Positions 55,297-64,000 of a stretch of DNA of 64,000 bases are shown in pieces (the first letter of the stretch is position 1; each line of letters starts with the position of its first letter). A program made the translations under genes and the position numbers. Source of the DNA: an uncultured Candidatus Saccharibacteria bacterium (GTDB lineage: Bacteria > Patescibacteriota > Minisyncoccia > Phycocordibacterales > UBA12088); the NCBI GenBank assembly GCA_964567265.1, contig CAZMLK010000001.1, positions 459,723 through 523,722 on the forward strand, in the 5' to 3' direction. The notes beneath the pieces are model-generated. The model was not told where the DNA came from. It saw nothing but the letters and a program-made list of their open reading frames with translations, and did not search any database.

Positions 55297-55362
55297 AGTA
55301 GCAAATGAACGCCTGGGTACAATATGCCTTGAAACAAGCCGGATTTCGGGCACTATAGGAGC

Positions 55363-55875
55363 ATGAAGAAAGAGCAAAAGATTGTCGCGATGGGGTCAGC
55401 AAGCGGCGTGCTCACGATGATTTTCCTGGTGTGGTTCTTTTGCCTCGTCCTTCCGGATACCAGCGTCGGCGCATTCGCGGTCGATCGCATCGTCTTCGCG
55501 CTCCGTGCGAACGCGTTCGCACTGCTTCCACTCTTCATAGGGATCATCGCGGTCGGCAATGGCCGCTTCCTCTCTGATGCGATCAACCCCTTGGCACACG
55601 CAGAGAGCACCGCGATGGAAATCAACGGCCGTGTCGTTGATAACACGTTCCAGCAGACATTCATCTTCTTCGTGGGTACGCTCGCGCTCTCGACGATGCT
55701 CACGACTTCGAGCCTCAAGGTCATCGCAGCCCTGACGATCGTGTTCGTGCTCGCCCGGATTGCCTTCTGGGTAGGCTACCGCATCAATCCCTTGTACCGG
55801 GCATTCGGCATGGGTGCGACGGCGTATTTGAATCTCGGCATCCTCGTGACGGTGCTGTATCACCTCGTGTTCTAA
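55363..55875 (+). CDS. Four-TM membrane protein, possibly MAPEG family
   Basis: The hydropathy pattern and 'RINPLYRAFG' are weakly MAPEG-like. Confidence 0.4.
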   Translation: MKKEQKIVAMGSASGVLTMIFLVWFFCLVLPDTSVGAFAVDRIVFALRANAFALLPLFIGIIAVGNGRFLSDAINPLAHAESTAMEINGRVVDNTFQQTFIFFVGTLALSTMLTTSSLKVIAALTIVFVLARIAFWVGYRINPLYRAFGMGATAYLNLGILVTVLYHLVF

Positions 55876-55886
55876 GGCCCTCTTCG

Positions 55887-55928
55887 AAGCCCCCGTCTCG
55901 CGCCCCAAGGGCGCGAGACGGGGGCTTT
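55887..55928. terminator. Rho-independent terminator (17-bp GC stem)
   Basis: GCCCCCGTCTCGCGCCC-CAA-GGGCGCGAGACGGGGGC followed by TTTCGCTTCTTCC. Confidence 0.6.
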
Positions 55929-55963
55929 CGCTTCTTCCCGAGAAAACCTATACTGGTGGGTAC

Positions 55964-56506
55964 ATGGACAGCGGATACCCCGTCGAAAGCATCAACCACC
56001 TTCTCGGCATCGGCACGATCGGCCTCCAGGTCGCGACGCTGGTTCTCTTGTATCTCTTCTTCTTCCGCAGGCATTCCCGCCTCAATGCGGTCATCGGCCG
56101 GCACTCCCTGCTCGTCGGGTTCCTCCTCTCATTTGCATCGCTTTTTCTCAGCCTCTTCTATTCCGAAGTCCTTGGATTCGCCCCCTGCGGCCTCTGCTGG
56201 CTCCAGCGCATCTGCATCTATCCGCAGGTCATCATCCTCGGCATCGCATACCTCAAGAACGAGCTCCGCATCGCGGACTACTCGATCGGACTTTCAGTCA
56301 TAGGATTCGTGATCGCGATCTATCATCACTGGATCCAGGTCGGTGGGAATGAATTCATACCCTGCGCGCAGAGCCTTCTTGCCGCCGACTGCGCGGAAAA
56401 GACGCTCTTCGAATTCGGCTACATCACCTTCCCGCTCATGTCCGCAAGCCTGCTCGTACTCCTCATCGTCCTGATGGCATTTGCGAAGCGTGCCAGCAGA
56501 AACTAG
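55964..56506 (+). CDS. DsbB/BdbC-like disulfide-bond-formation membrane protein
   Basis: 'APCGLCWLQR' (CxxC in the first outside loop) and 'IPCAQSLLAADCAEK' (second Cys pair). Confidence 0.7.
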   Translation: MDSGYPVESINHLLGIGTIGLQVATLVLLYLFFFRRHSRLNAVIGRHSLLVGFLLSFASLFLSLFYSEVLGFAPCGLCWLQRICIYPQVIILGIAYLKNELRIADYSIGLSVIGFVIAIYHHWIQVGGNEFIPCAQSLLAADCAEKTLFEFGYITFPLMSASLLVLLIVLMAFAKRASRN

Positions 56507-56522
56507 CCGGGCAACTCATTCT

Positions 56523-57515
56523 ATGCGCTCGCTCTCAGCATTTCGCTCGACTACGGGCATCGCACTCCTCAGCATCGCCTTCGCAGCCGGCGGGATATTT
56601 TTTTATGGAGTTGATCATGTATTCGTCTCGCATGATGACATTTCCGACATGCATGTACTTCGCGACACCAGCGGCGACTACACCTTCATCAGCCCTCTGA
56701 TTGCGTGCGAGTTTTCCGAGGACACGAGCTTCGACTCCCTCGAACCGCTCCAGCAAAGAGTTGAGAACGACATCTCATCGGCGTACAGGACTGAGGACGC
56801 TTCGATCGTCTCCGTGTATTATCGCGACCTCAGTGCCGGAAGCTGGATGGGGGTGAATGAGAATCGTGGGTACGATCCGGCAAGCCTCCTCAAGGTCCCG
56901 CTCATGATGGCGTATTTTCGCGAGGCACGCGGCAAGCCTGAAGTGCTGACCGAGATGCTCACGTACACTGGGCAGGATTTCAATGTCGGGGAGAACATCG
57001 CGCCGCCCGCGGTCATCACCATCGGAAAGGAATACAGCGTGAACGAGCTTCTCGAAGCAATGATCAGAAATTCTGACAACAACGCTTTCCTGGCGCTCTA
57101 CAAACACATAGACAAAGAAACGCTTGCCACCGTGTACACAGACCTCGGCCTCACTGTTTCCGAAGGAAACCAAGTATCCATCATCTCGCCGAAGCAGTAT
57201 TCGCTGTTCTTTAGGCTGCTCTATAATTCCTCATATCTTGGACGCGCCAATTCCGAGCGCGCGCTGAAGCTGCTTTCTGAAGTTGCATATACCGACGGCA
57301 TCGCGAAGGGGGCGCCCGCCGGAACGCTCGTAGCGCACAAGTTCGGCGAGCGCGGAAGCGTGGATGGCAATCAGGAGCTCCATGACTGCGGCATCGTCTA
57401 TGCTGCCGGCCATCCGTATATGCTCTGTGTCATGACTCGAGGCAGCGATATCCAAAAGCTCCAAGGAGTCATCCAGGAAATCTCAAAGACCGTATACGAA
57501 TACGTAGAAAAATAA
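56523..57515 (+). CDS. Membrane-anchored class-A beta-lactamase-fold serine hydrolase
   Basis: 'PASLLK' (SxxK), 'SDNNAF' (SDN) and 'HKFGERG' (KTG-like). Confidence 0.55.
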   Translation: MRSLSAFRSTTGIALLSIAFAAGGIFFYGVDHVFVSHDDISDMHVLRDTSGDYTFISPLIACEFSEDTSFDSLEPLQQRVENDISSAYRTEDASIVSVYYRDLSAGSWMGVNENRGYDPASLLKVPLMMAYFREARGKPEVLTEMLTYTGQDFNVGENIAPPAVITIGKEYSVNELLEAMIRNSDNNAFLALYKHIDKETLATVYTDLGLTVSEGNQVSIISPKQYSLFFRLLYNSSYLGRANSERALKLLSEVAYTDGIAKGAPAGTLVAHKFGERGSVDGNQELHDCGIVYAAGHPYMLCVMTRGSDIQKLQGVIQEISKTVYEYVEK

Positions 57516-57691
57516 CCCCATATGGAAACAAAAACCTGGGTATGGATAGGCATGTTCGCAGGCTCGACGATTGGAAGTTACATTCCCGCACTGTGGGGCG
57601 ACTCCTTCCTCTCGTTCTCGTCCGTACTCCTAAGTGGCATCGGTGCGCTTATCGGCGTCTGGCTCGGATTCAAAATCGGGCAATCGATGAA

Positions 57692-58309
57692 CTAGCGCGC
57701 GGCCGTTTCTGAAACTGGCTTTTCTGTGACTCCCTTTTTCCTGAAATGCAAGAGCGCAGGAAGAAATGAGACGAGAATGATTCCGAGGATGATCGGATAT
57801 AAATATTCTTCCGCATTCGGCACCTGCTGGCCGAGCACGAAGCCCATGGTCACGATACCCGCGACCCAAGCGATTCCTCCGAGGATGTTATAGAAGATGA
57901 AATCGCGGTATGGCATCGCGGCGGCGCCCGCGACGATCGGCACGAACGTGCGGACGATCGGAAGGAATCGCGCGAGGAAGATCGCCTTCCGGCCATGGAG
58001 GACGAAAAATGTATGCGACTCGACGAGATACTTCGGTTTGAAGAAGCGGGACTCCTTCCGCGCGAAGAGTTTTGGGCCGAGGTAGCGCCCGAACGAATAG
58101 CCGACGCTGTCGCCGAGAATCGCGGCGACGATGAGGAGCGGGATCAGGATCGCGATGTTGAGAATCCCCTGGGAAGCAAGGAACCCGGCGGTGAACAGGA
58201 GGCTGTCGCCCGGAAGGAAGAATCCGAAGAACAGGCCGGACTCCGCGAAGACGATGCCGAAGAGTCCGGCATATCCCGCGGTCGTGATGATCATCTGGAG
58301 ATCAAACAT
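57692..58309 (-). CDS. DedA-family membrane protein (second copy)
   Basis: 'GLFGIVFAESGLFFGFFLPGDSLLFTAGFLA' and 'GRYLGPKLF'. Confidence 0.75.
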   Translation of the reverse strand: MFDLQMIITTAGYAGLFGIVFAESGLFFGFFLPGDSLLFTAGFLASQGILNIAILIPLLIVAAILGDSVGYSFGRYLGPKLFARKESRFFKPKYLVESHTFFVLHGRKAIFLARFLPIVRTFVPIVAGAAAMPYRDFIFYNILGGIAWVAGIVTMGFVLGQQVPNAEEYLYPIILGIILVSFLPALLHFRKKGVTEKPVSETAAR

Positions 58310-58421
58310 GGCTAGAGTGTAGCATGAAAAAGCCCCCTGATTTTCCTACGGAAAATCAGGGGGAAAAGAAAAGACCGCCAGCAAGCTGGCGGTCTGATGG
58401 TGCGCCGAAGCGCTGTCTCGC

Positions 58422-58709
58422 CTAGAAGGCGCATCCGGAGAACACTCTTCCGGTACTGATCGTCACAACTTGGTCAGAAGTGACTTCTTCGCCAGTTTCG
58501 GGCAGAAACCATGTCCGCCATTTGCCGGCGACCGGCTCAATGAAGAATGAGTCCTCGCCCTTACCGCGAATTATCGCTTCGGGTCTACGATTCTGGTGCC
58601 TGTGCTGATAGACAAGCTTCCGATGGTGGAAGAAGGCCCAGAGTCCTGTTGCTTTCAGGAAAATGAAAGCAACGAGCAGGGCCAGAACCATGTAGAGAAT
58701 ACCAGACAT
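58422..58709 (-). CDS. Small membrane protein downstream of the GT2 gene
   Basis: ATG at MSGILYMVLALLVAFIFL, followed by a TM helix. Confidence 0.35.
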   Translation of the reverse strand: MSGILYMVLALLVAFIFLKATGLWAFFHHRKLVYQHRHQNRRPEAIIRGKGEDSFFIEPVAGKWRTWFLPETGEEVTSDQVVTISTGRVFSGCAF

Positions 58710-58778
58710 TTTGCCCAGCCCTCCTTGGCTGCATTGACGTTTGGTCTGCCACATATAGTGGCATTTTTTACAACAATG

Positions 58779-60113
58779 TCAAGCACTTGCTGGGCAGTCT
58801 TCATGGACTATCCATACACTGTCGTCTGGCGTATTCGTCGCATCACCTCCGGAGCGTGCTCCTCCCCAGGTGCTTATCTTGTGCTGGGTCAAGAGCGCGT
58901 ATACTCGGATGAATTGAGCGTACGTGACAACGAGGACGAAGACCGGAAGAATCCACCAACTCCTCGGATATTTCCAGAGATGCGGGAACTGGCGGATGAT
59001 CATCGTCAGGAGCATGCCGATAATGGCCATGGCAAAGCTCTGCAAGAACGGGAGCGTCGACGTTCCATATATGAACGTGAGCGGCCAATGCACGGCGACG
59101 ATGTACACCGTCGCGAGTGAAATGAAGATATCCGACCAGCATATGAAAAATGCTAGCGGAAACTTGATCAGCCAAGGCGATCGGATCGTGTATCCTTGGC
59201 TCGACCTCCCCCACCTAGTCCACATGCGCTGTGTGGCGCCAAATGTTTCGGGAGCACTCGTTGTAACGAGTGCATCTGGAACAAGAATCGAACGTTTCCC
59301 GGCCTGGAGAACAAAGCTCGTGATCACGCGATCGTCGCCCGCAATACAAGGGCGTCGCATGAATCCGAAGTAGCTGAACGAGTCGTTCACGAGTTCATCC
59401 ATCCGACCCTCAATGAGGTCTGTTCTGACTGCGGTCATCCTACCAGGCGCACAGGGCACCTGACGCACAAGGCTAGCTGCAGCCAGCGAAGAATTAAGGC
59501 GCGCATCCTCTTGCCAGAAACAAATTTTCTGGATCCACCGTTTCGCATTGTGGATGAGCTGCGCAGTAGTCACAATACCGACTCGCGGGTCACAGAAAGG
59601 GGCAAGGAGTCGAAGCACCACATCGCTTGTTGTCGGAACAGTATCCGAGTCATGCAAGATGGTGATCTCGTACAACCTGCCTCGACGTCTTGCTTCTCGA
59701 AGCATCGCGCGCAGATTCTTGCGCTTGTTGCGCGCACTCGTCATCAAAACGACATGGGCATACTTTCTTGCGATTTCTGCCTGTTGCTCTGCCCAGACCT
59801 GGTCTTTCTTATACCCATCGACGATTGCGATGAAAAAAAACTCGATCGTCCCTGATTCCAGGGACTCTCTCGTCTTTCGCATCGCAAGCTCCAGGGTCTC
59901 AAGGTTCTCCTCGTAAATCGTGAGGAGGGTCGTCGCTCTATGCTTCTGCAAGGGATAATTCTGAATCCATCCCCCGTTTCGGAGGAAGTAGAACACTCCA
60001 GCAAGAACCATTCGTGGGAGCATGCAAGCCCACACGAACATGACATAGATCTCGAAGACGAACCACTGGCCCGTCGCCCACGTCTCCTGTAGGAGACTGA
60101 TTAAGTGGAGCAC
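58779..60113 (-). CDS. Second processive family-2 glycosyltransferase (QxxRW)
   Basis: 'ILHDSDTVP', 'CAPGRMTAVRTDLI', 'AGDDRVITSFVL' and 'QRMWTRWGRSS', with TM helices at both ends. Confidence 0.75.
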   Translation of the reverse strand: MLHLISLLQETWATGQWFVFEIYVMFVWACMLPRMVLAGVFYFLRNGGWIQNYPLQKHRATTLLTIYEENLETLELAMRKTRESLESGTIEFFFIAIVDGYKKDQVWAEQQAEIARKYAHVVLMTSARNKRKNLRAMLREARRRGRLYEITILHDSDTVPTTSDVVLRLLAPFCDPRVGIVTTAQLIHNAKRWIQKICFWQEDARLNSSLAAASLVRQVPCAPGRMTAVRTDLIEGRMDELVNDSFSYFGFMRRPCIAGDDRVITSFVLQAGKRSILVPDALVTTSAPETFGATQRMWTRWGRSSQGYTIRSPWLIKFPLAFFICWSDIFISLATVYIVAVHWPLTFIYGTSTLPFLQSFAMAIIGMLLTMIIRQFPHLWKYPRSWWILPVFVLVVTYAQFIRVYALLTQHKISTWGGARSGGDATNTPDDSVWIVHEDCPASA

Positions 60114-60184
60114 GCGTACCTATCTCCTTTCGAGTGACAGGTTTGGCAGGCCGGAGGATTCCGGCCTGCCGTTTCGATCCGAGC

Positions 60185-61693
60185 TTAGTGGCTCCAATCA
60201 CCGCCAAACGTGGTGGTGATGCTGACGGTCCCGATCAAGTCTCTTCCGCCGCTATATCGCTCAGGGTAGTCGACAATATACTGCGATTCCCGGATGCCGA
60301 GCGTGAAGCAGGTATTGCCCCACGCCGCGAATCCAGGCCTTCCTGGCTTGCCAAGACAGTACGGAACTTCAAGGCCGACACCGACCACATTATCCCAGTA
60401 GCGATTTGGATTCGATGAGATGCCCCCGAACATGGATGCGCGGAGCTCGATCGTGTCGCTATCGGTGAGAAGATCCAGACTATACTGGATACCTTGGGAC
60501 GCTCTGAGGAAGATCGTGCCTTCTTTTTGTCCGTATTCTTCGCCGGTGACGCCGCTAATCTCATCGTTCGGTTCGTCACCCGCCGTGTAGGTCATCGATC
60601 CGAGCACGGTCCATGGATAGGTGACCGTGCCGCGAGGCGCGCCGCTTGCTCCAACAATGTTCTGAGCTTCGGCAGGCGGCGGGGTGGGAAGATGCAGGTC
60701 AGCACGGAATTGATCGGTCTTGGCACGGAATTGCTTCCATACCTCGATCGTATCAGCGAGGCCCCAAATCAGGGGCTTGTCGCTCGAACCGGGCGCAGGC
60801 GCCACGGTGCCGAAGAAGAAGGTAACGTTGGTGACACCGACGAATTCGGTCTCGAGCGCTTCATAGAAGTCGTGGAACCAGGCGATCTTGTCGACACCGC
60901 AGAAGTCAGTCGTCGAGATCTCCGCGATCCAGATTGGCTTCTGTGTCATCGCGGCGACGGCTCGATACGCAGGACGGAGTTCTTCCGCCGCGCTCTTCGG
61001 AGTGGTATGCGACGCGTCTGCGCCGCAGCGGTTGTACGTGGAAATGGAAACCGAATCCACGTAGTCGTCGCCGGGATACAAGATCGCGAAATCCTTCGTC
61101 CCCCGGCCATCCGCGCTTGAGCGGTTGTAATTGAGGTCGAAGGCGGCGATGTATCCGCCCGATGCATCCCGAAGGATGTCGACCATATGACGCCATGCGG
61201 GCGCGAAGTCCTCGGGCTTGTTGCCCTTGGCGTACGCAGCGCATGAATACCAGCTGCCATTGAATTCGTTACAGAGTCGGAGGGTGATCTTTCGACCGGC
61301 GCCCTTGACCCGTGCCCCGAACTCACGGAGCTGATCATCGTACTCGCCGCCAATGATTTTCCCGAAAAGTCCATCGATATCCTTCGGGAATTTCAGCACG
61401 GAGATAATATCCGTCGGCGGGTCTTCACTAAACTTGAGATAGGGCAAAGGTCCTTCGGATCCGAGCGTGTAGTAGACGACGGCATGGTCATTGATGCCAA
61501 GCGGCACCGCCATGCCGTAGTAGTACGCCGCGCCCTTATCCGCAGCCAGTCCGAGAGAGACGCGGCGCTCCGGAGGTTGAGTCACTGATACCGGCGTTAC
61601 CGTATCGGCAGGCGGCCCGCTGGCACAGCCAGCGATGCCGAAGACAATCAGGAAACTGAGAGTCAGTACGCGTATGTGGTTGTGAAAGATCAT
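60185..61693 (-). CDS. Lipoprotein-like GH26-family glycoside hydrolase (paralog 1) with an extra C-terminal beta-rich domain
   Basis: 'ITLRLCNEFNGSWYSCAAY' (GH26 R..HE.NG-type block) and 'IWIAEISTTDFCG'. ATG at 61693, with AAAGGAG 4 nt upstream. Confidence 0.7.
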   Translation of the reverse strand: MIFHNHIRVLTLSFLIVFGIAGCASGPPADTVTPVSVTQPPERRVSLGLAADKGAAYYYGMAVPLGINDHAVVYYTLGSEGPLPYLKFSEDPPTDIISVLKFPKDIDGLFGKIIGGEYDDQLREFGARVKGAGRKITLRLCNEFNGSWYSCAAYAKGNKPEDFAPAWRHMVDILRDASGGYIAAFDLNYNRSSADGRGTKDFAILYPGDDYVDSVSISTYNRCGADASHTTPKSAAEELRPAYRAVAAMTQKPIWIAEISTTDFCGVDKIAWFHDFYEALETEFVGVTNVTFFFGTVAPAPGSSDKPLIWGLADTIEVWKQFRAKTDQFRADLHLPTPPPAEAQNIVGASGAPRGTVTYPWTVLGSMTYTAGDEPNDEISGVTGEEYGQKEGTIFLRASQGIQYSLDLLTDSDTIELRASMFGGISSNPNRYWDNVVGVGLEVPYCLGKPGRPGFAAWGNTCFTLGIRESQYIVDYPERYSGGRDLIGTVSITTTFGGDWSH

Positions 61694-61768
61694 GATACTC
61701 CTTTCGTGGCTCAGTTGAGCCATTCGAGAGTCCTAAAGCTCCGGGATCGAAGCTTTTTTGCCTTATGG

Positions 61769-61797
61769 AATATCCCTTAAATAATTGATTTTGTCAA
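61769..61797 (-). promoter_or_regulatory. Sigma70-type promoter TTGACA-N17-GATATT for GH26 paralog 1
   Basis: Minus-strand TTGACA at 61797-61792 and GATATT at 61774-61769. The motif is duplicated upstream of paralog 2. Confidence 0.45.
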
Positions 61798-61907
61798 TAT
61801 ATGCGGAGGATCTATTCCGTGTCCAAATCTGAGAACCCAGGCCGCTGTATAAAAGAAAAGACGGACCGCATGCGGTCCGTCGAAGCATCAATCAGGACTG
61901 TAGGTAT

Positions 61908-63038
61908 TCAGAGACATTCTGATGGTACGAGAACTGCAGACAGGTCACGGTAAGTGGCATTGAGCTCATGGCGAAATGCATTCGCTGCCATACAGAATGC
62001 ACGGACCTGTGCCGGGTCGGGTATCCCCCAGTCCATTGCGACGGCATTCGAAGCCGCGCCCTTCTTCACTCGCTCCAAGAATAGAATGATCTCATCGACG
62101 CGAGTGAATTCATCCTCGACCGCCTCGAAGAGCTTGGCGTACCAGTCGATGCGATCGATAAGGCACGCCCCTACTGGAGGATCGGTGATCGGGCTGGTGC
62201 CGGTTTCGCCGATGCCGATCGGAATACTCGTGTCACCAATGACTGCGAGTACCGCTTGATATGGAGGACGAAATTCCTCAGCAAAGCTCTTCCACTTCGG
62301 ATAGTTCGGCGACGAGCCGCAACGATTATAGCTATCGATGCTGACGCGATCGACGTAGTCGTTGCCGGGATACAGATCTCGGAAGTCAGTCGCGAGCGGC
62401 TTCCCTCGACTCGTCCGATTCACATTGAATTCGAACGCGACCAGATTCCCTGCCGACGTGCGCAGCACATCGGCAACATGCCGCCACGCAGGAACGAAAT
62501 CGCTCGCGCGATTGGCAGGATAATACGCCTGCCAGGAATATTTCTCCCCATTACCCTCGTAGAGATGCCGGATAGTGACGCCACGCCCGTCTTTGACGAT
62601 ACGCTTCCCGATCTCGTCGAGATCGGGATCGAATCTGCCTTTGAGAATCTCCTCGAGGACGCCCGGGCATTCTTTCGAAGATTTCGGAGGAATGCCATCC
62701 GGACCCGCGCCGCAACCGGGCTTTGGGAAGAATTTGAGCGCGAGGATGATCCGCGTCTCCGGCTGGTAATCCGGGAAGGCGAGCGTTTCCGGCTTCCCCA
62801 CTGTCGGATAGATGAGGGCGACCTCAGCGGCTCCGAGCGGGATCGCGCGTGCGTAGAAATGTGCCGCATCGCGCGGCGCTGACGTGCCGATCATGATCGG
62901 TCGCGGTACAGTCCCGTTTGCATCCTTCGGATGGAGCGCGGGAAGCGTAAGCAGTCCCTGTGGAACCGTCTCCGCCTGCACTCCTCCTGTCAGAAGGATT
63001 GCGAGCACGAACAGCAGTCTTCGTATGTGAATGATCAT
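61908..63038 (-). CDS. Secreted GH26-family glycoside hydrolase (paralog 2)
   Basis: 'VTIRHLYEGNGEKYSWQAY' and 'IPIGIGETGTSP'. ATG at 63038, with AAGGAG upstream. Confidence 0.7.
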   Translation of the reverse strand: MIIHIRRLLFVLAILLTGGVQAETVPQGLLTLPALHPKDANGTVPRPIMIGTSAPRDAAHFYARAIPLGAAEVALIYPTVGKPETLAFPDYQPETRIILALKFFPKPGCGAGPDGIPPKSSKECPGVLEEILKGRFDPDLDEIGKRIVKDGRGVTIRHLYEGNGEKYSWQAYYPANRASDFVPAWRHVADVLRTSAGNLVAFEFNVNRTSRGKPLATDFRDLYPGNDYVDRVSIDSYNRCGSSPNYPKWKSFAEEFRPPYQAVLAVIGDTSIPIGIGETGTSPITDPPVGACLIDRIDWYAKLFEAVEDEFTRVDEIILFLERVKKGAASNAVAMDWGIPDPAQVRAFCMAANAFRHELNATYRDLSAVLVPSECL

Positions 63039-63107
63039 TCCACTCCTTCGGGCAGATGCGCCCAGGAAGAGAGTAAAGCTCCACAAGCGGAGCTTTTTGC
63101 TTGTTGG

Positions 63108-63136
63108 AATATGCCTTTATTTATGCATTTTGTCAA
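63108..63136 (-). promoter_or_regulatory. Sigma70-type promoter TTGACA-N17-CATATT for GH26 paralog 2
   Basis: Minus-strand TTGACA at 63136-63131 and CATATT at 63113-63108. A leader hairpin AAAGCTCC/GGAGCTTT lies between it and the Shine-Dalgarno sequence. Confidence 0.45.
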
Positions 63137-63193
63137 TGGCAGGAAAATGAAAAGACGGGCCGTTCGCGGCCCGTCTGAATGCTGTCCCCGGTC

Positions 63194-64000
63194 TTATGGA
63201 TGCCCGCGAAGCAGCACCCGCATCTGATCAACCTGCATGCGGAAGGCAGTACGCTCTTCCGCGATCTTGAAGCCCCAGTTGATCCGGCGATCGTTCGATG
63301 CTGCCCCAGGCGGCACTTCCCCTAGAAAGTACGTGACCATCTCGACGCGCGGAAAGAAGTTGCGGATATCGTCGAGCTGCTCACGATACCACGGCAGCTG
63401 CGGGCCGCAGAAGACCGAGGTCCCGGTTTCCGCGATATTGATCGGAAGATCGGTAAGTGCGGCGAGCTGTTCGTAGAACGGCCTGAATTCGAGTCCAAAG
63501 CTGCGCGGATCCTGGTACATACCCTTCGCGGTACCAGCCCGGCAATACGATGAGCCTGAAAGCAGAGCGACGTACTCAGGACCCGGGTAATAACGATTGA
63601 AATCCCCGAGGACGTTCTGATTCGCGTCGCGCCGATTGAGGTTGAGCTCGAATATCGCAGGCGTGTGCTCCGCGCGGATGATATCGACGACATGGATCCA
63701 GGCGTCTTTGAAAAGCTCGGGTGAATTGCCTGCGACGTACATGCCCCATGGATTCCAGTCGCCATCCGCCTCGTGCATGAGACGGATGATGATCGGAACT
63801 CCGGTCTTCCGTATCTCACGGGCGAGTATACGGAGCTGCTCGTCGTAGTAGCCGCCGAGGATCTGCGAGAGATTGCCGGGATCCTTCCGCGCATGCGATT
63901 CGCTGCGGTATACCGTATCCTGGCTGCTCTCCTTGAGCATCAGGACGAGGACGAGCTGATTCGGTTTGCCGTATCCCTTCTTCAGATACCCCTCGCGCAC
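63194..64000 (-). CDS. GH26-family glycoside hydrolase (paralog 3), N-terminus beyond the window end
   Basis: 'IIIRLMHEADGDWNPWGMY' and 'LPINIAETGTSVFCG'. Confidence 0.65.
   Translation of the reverse strand: MREGYLKKGYGKPNQLVLVLMLKESSQDTVYRSESHARKDPGNLSQILGGYYDEQLRILAREIRKTGVPIIIRLMHEADGDWNPWGMYVAGNSPELFKDAWIHVVDIIRAEHTPAIFELNLNRRDANQNVLGDFNRYYPGPEYVALLSGSSYCRAGTAKGMYQDPRSFGLEFRPFYEQLAALTDLPINIAETGTSVFCGPQLPWYREQLDDIRNFFPRVEMVTYFLGEVPPGAASNDRRINWGFKIAEERTAFRMQVDQMRVLLRGHP

Overview
This 64 kb window looks like one contiguous, high-GC (roughly 60%) bacterial chromosomal segment. The fmt-hpf pair, ung, many small secreted or membrane proteins, SWIB, VanY, DedA and triplicated YggT fit a small-genome, uncultivated-type bacterium, but I cannot place it taxonomically from sequence alone. 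About 75 protein-coding genes are supportable, plus one tRNA.

The most interesting feature is a ~13 kb low-GC genomic island at about 25.35-38.44 kb. It ends in a 531-aa large serine recombinase that reads into the 3' end of a minus-strand tRNA-Asn(GTT). The island is compositionally mosaic and carries three modules:
- a copper/metal module (csoR, copA, a CDF transporter, an HMA-CcdA fusion and a cupredoxin-like protein) with a perfect 18-bp palindromic operator;
- a 933-aa protein with an N-terminal DUF4365-like PD-(D/E)xK nuclease fold and a long HEAT-like helical body, followed 17 bp later by a Lys-rich 245-aa partner. This is my best candidate for an undescribed defence or conflict system;
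- a very AT-rich block of small phage-like genes, one DUF5659-like.

Outside the island there are several other notable regions:
- a SET-domain gene and a SWIB-domain gene with an H1-like Lys/Ala tail, within a few kb of each other;
- three YggT paralogs, and a cytochrome b5-like/DoxX pair;
- a dense two-component cluster (three histidine kinases and three response regulators);
- a polysaccharide locus: UDP-sugar 6-dehydrogenase, a HasA/NodC-like processive GT2 synthase, a CE4 deacetylase, a secreted jelly-roll protein, a GT4, a second QxxRW GT2, and three tandem GH26-like hydrolase paralogs with duplicated sigma70 promoters and leader hairpins;
- a twice-occurring CE4-deacetylase plus jelly-roll-protein module;
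- a PAS-domain gene interrupted at an A10 run;
- numerous perfect-palindrome intrinsic terminators;
- a two-copy direct repeat with compensatory hairpin changes just upstream of the tRNA.

Every family assignment rests on motifs I recognised by eye in the translations. No database search or computation was run.
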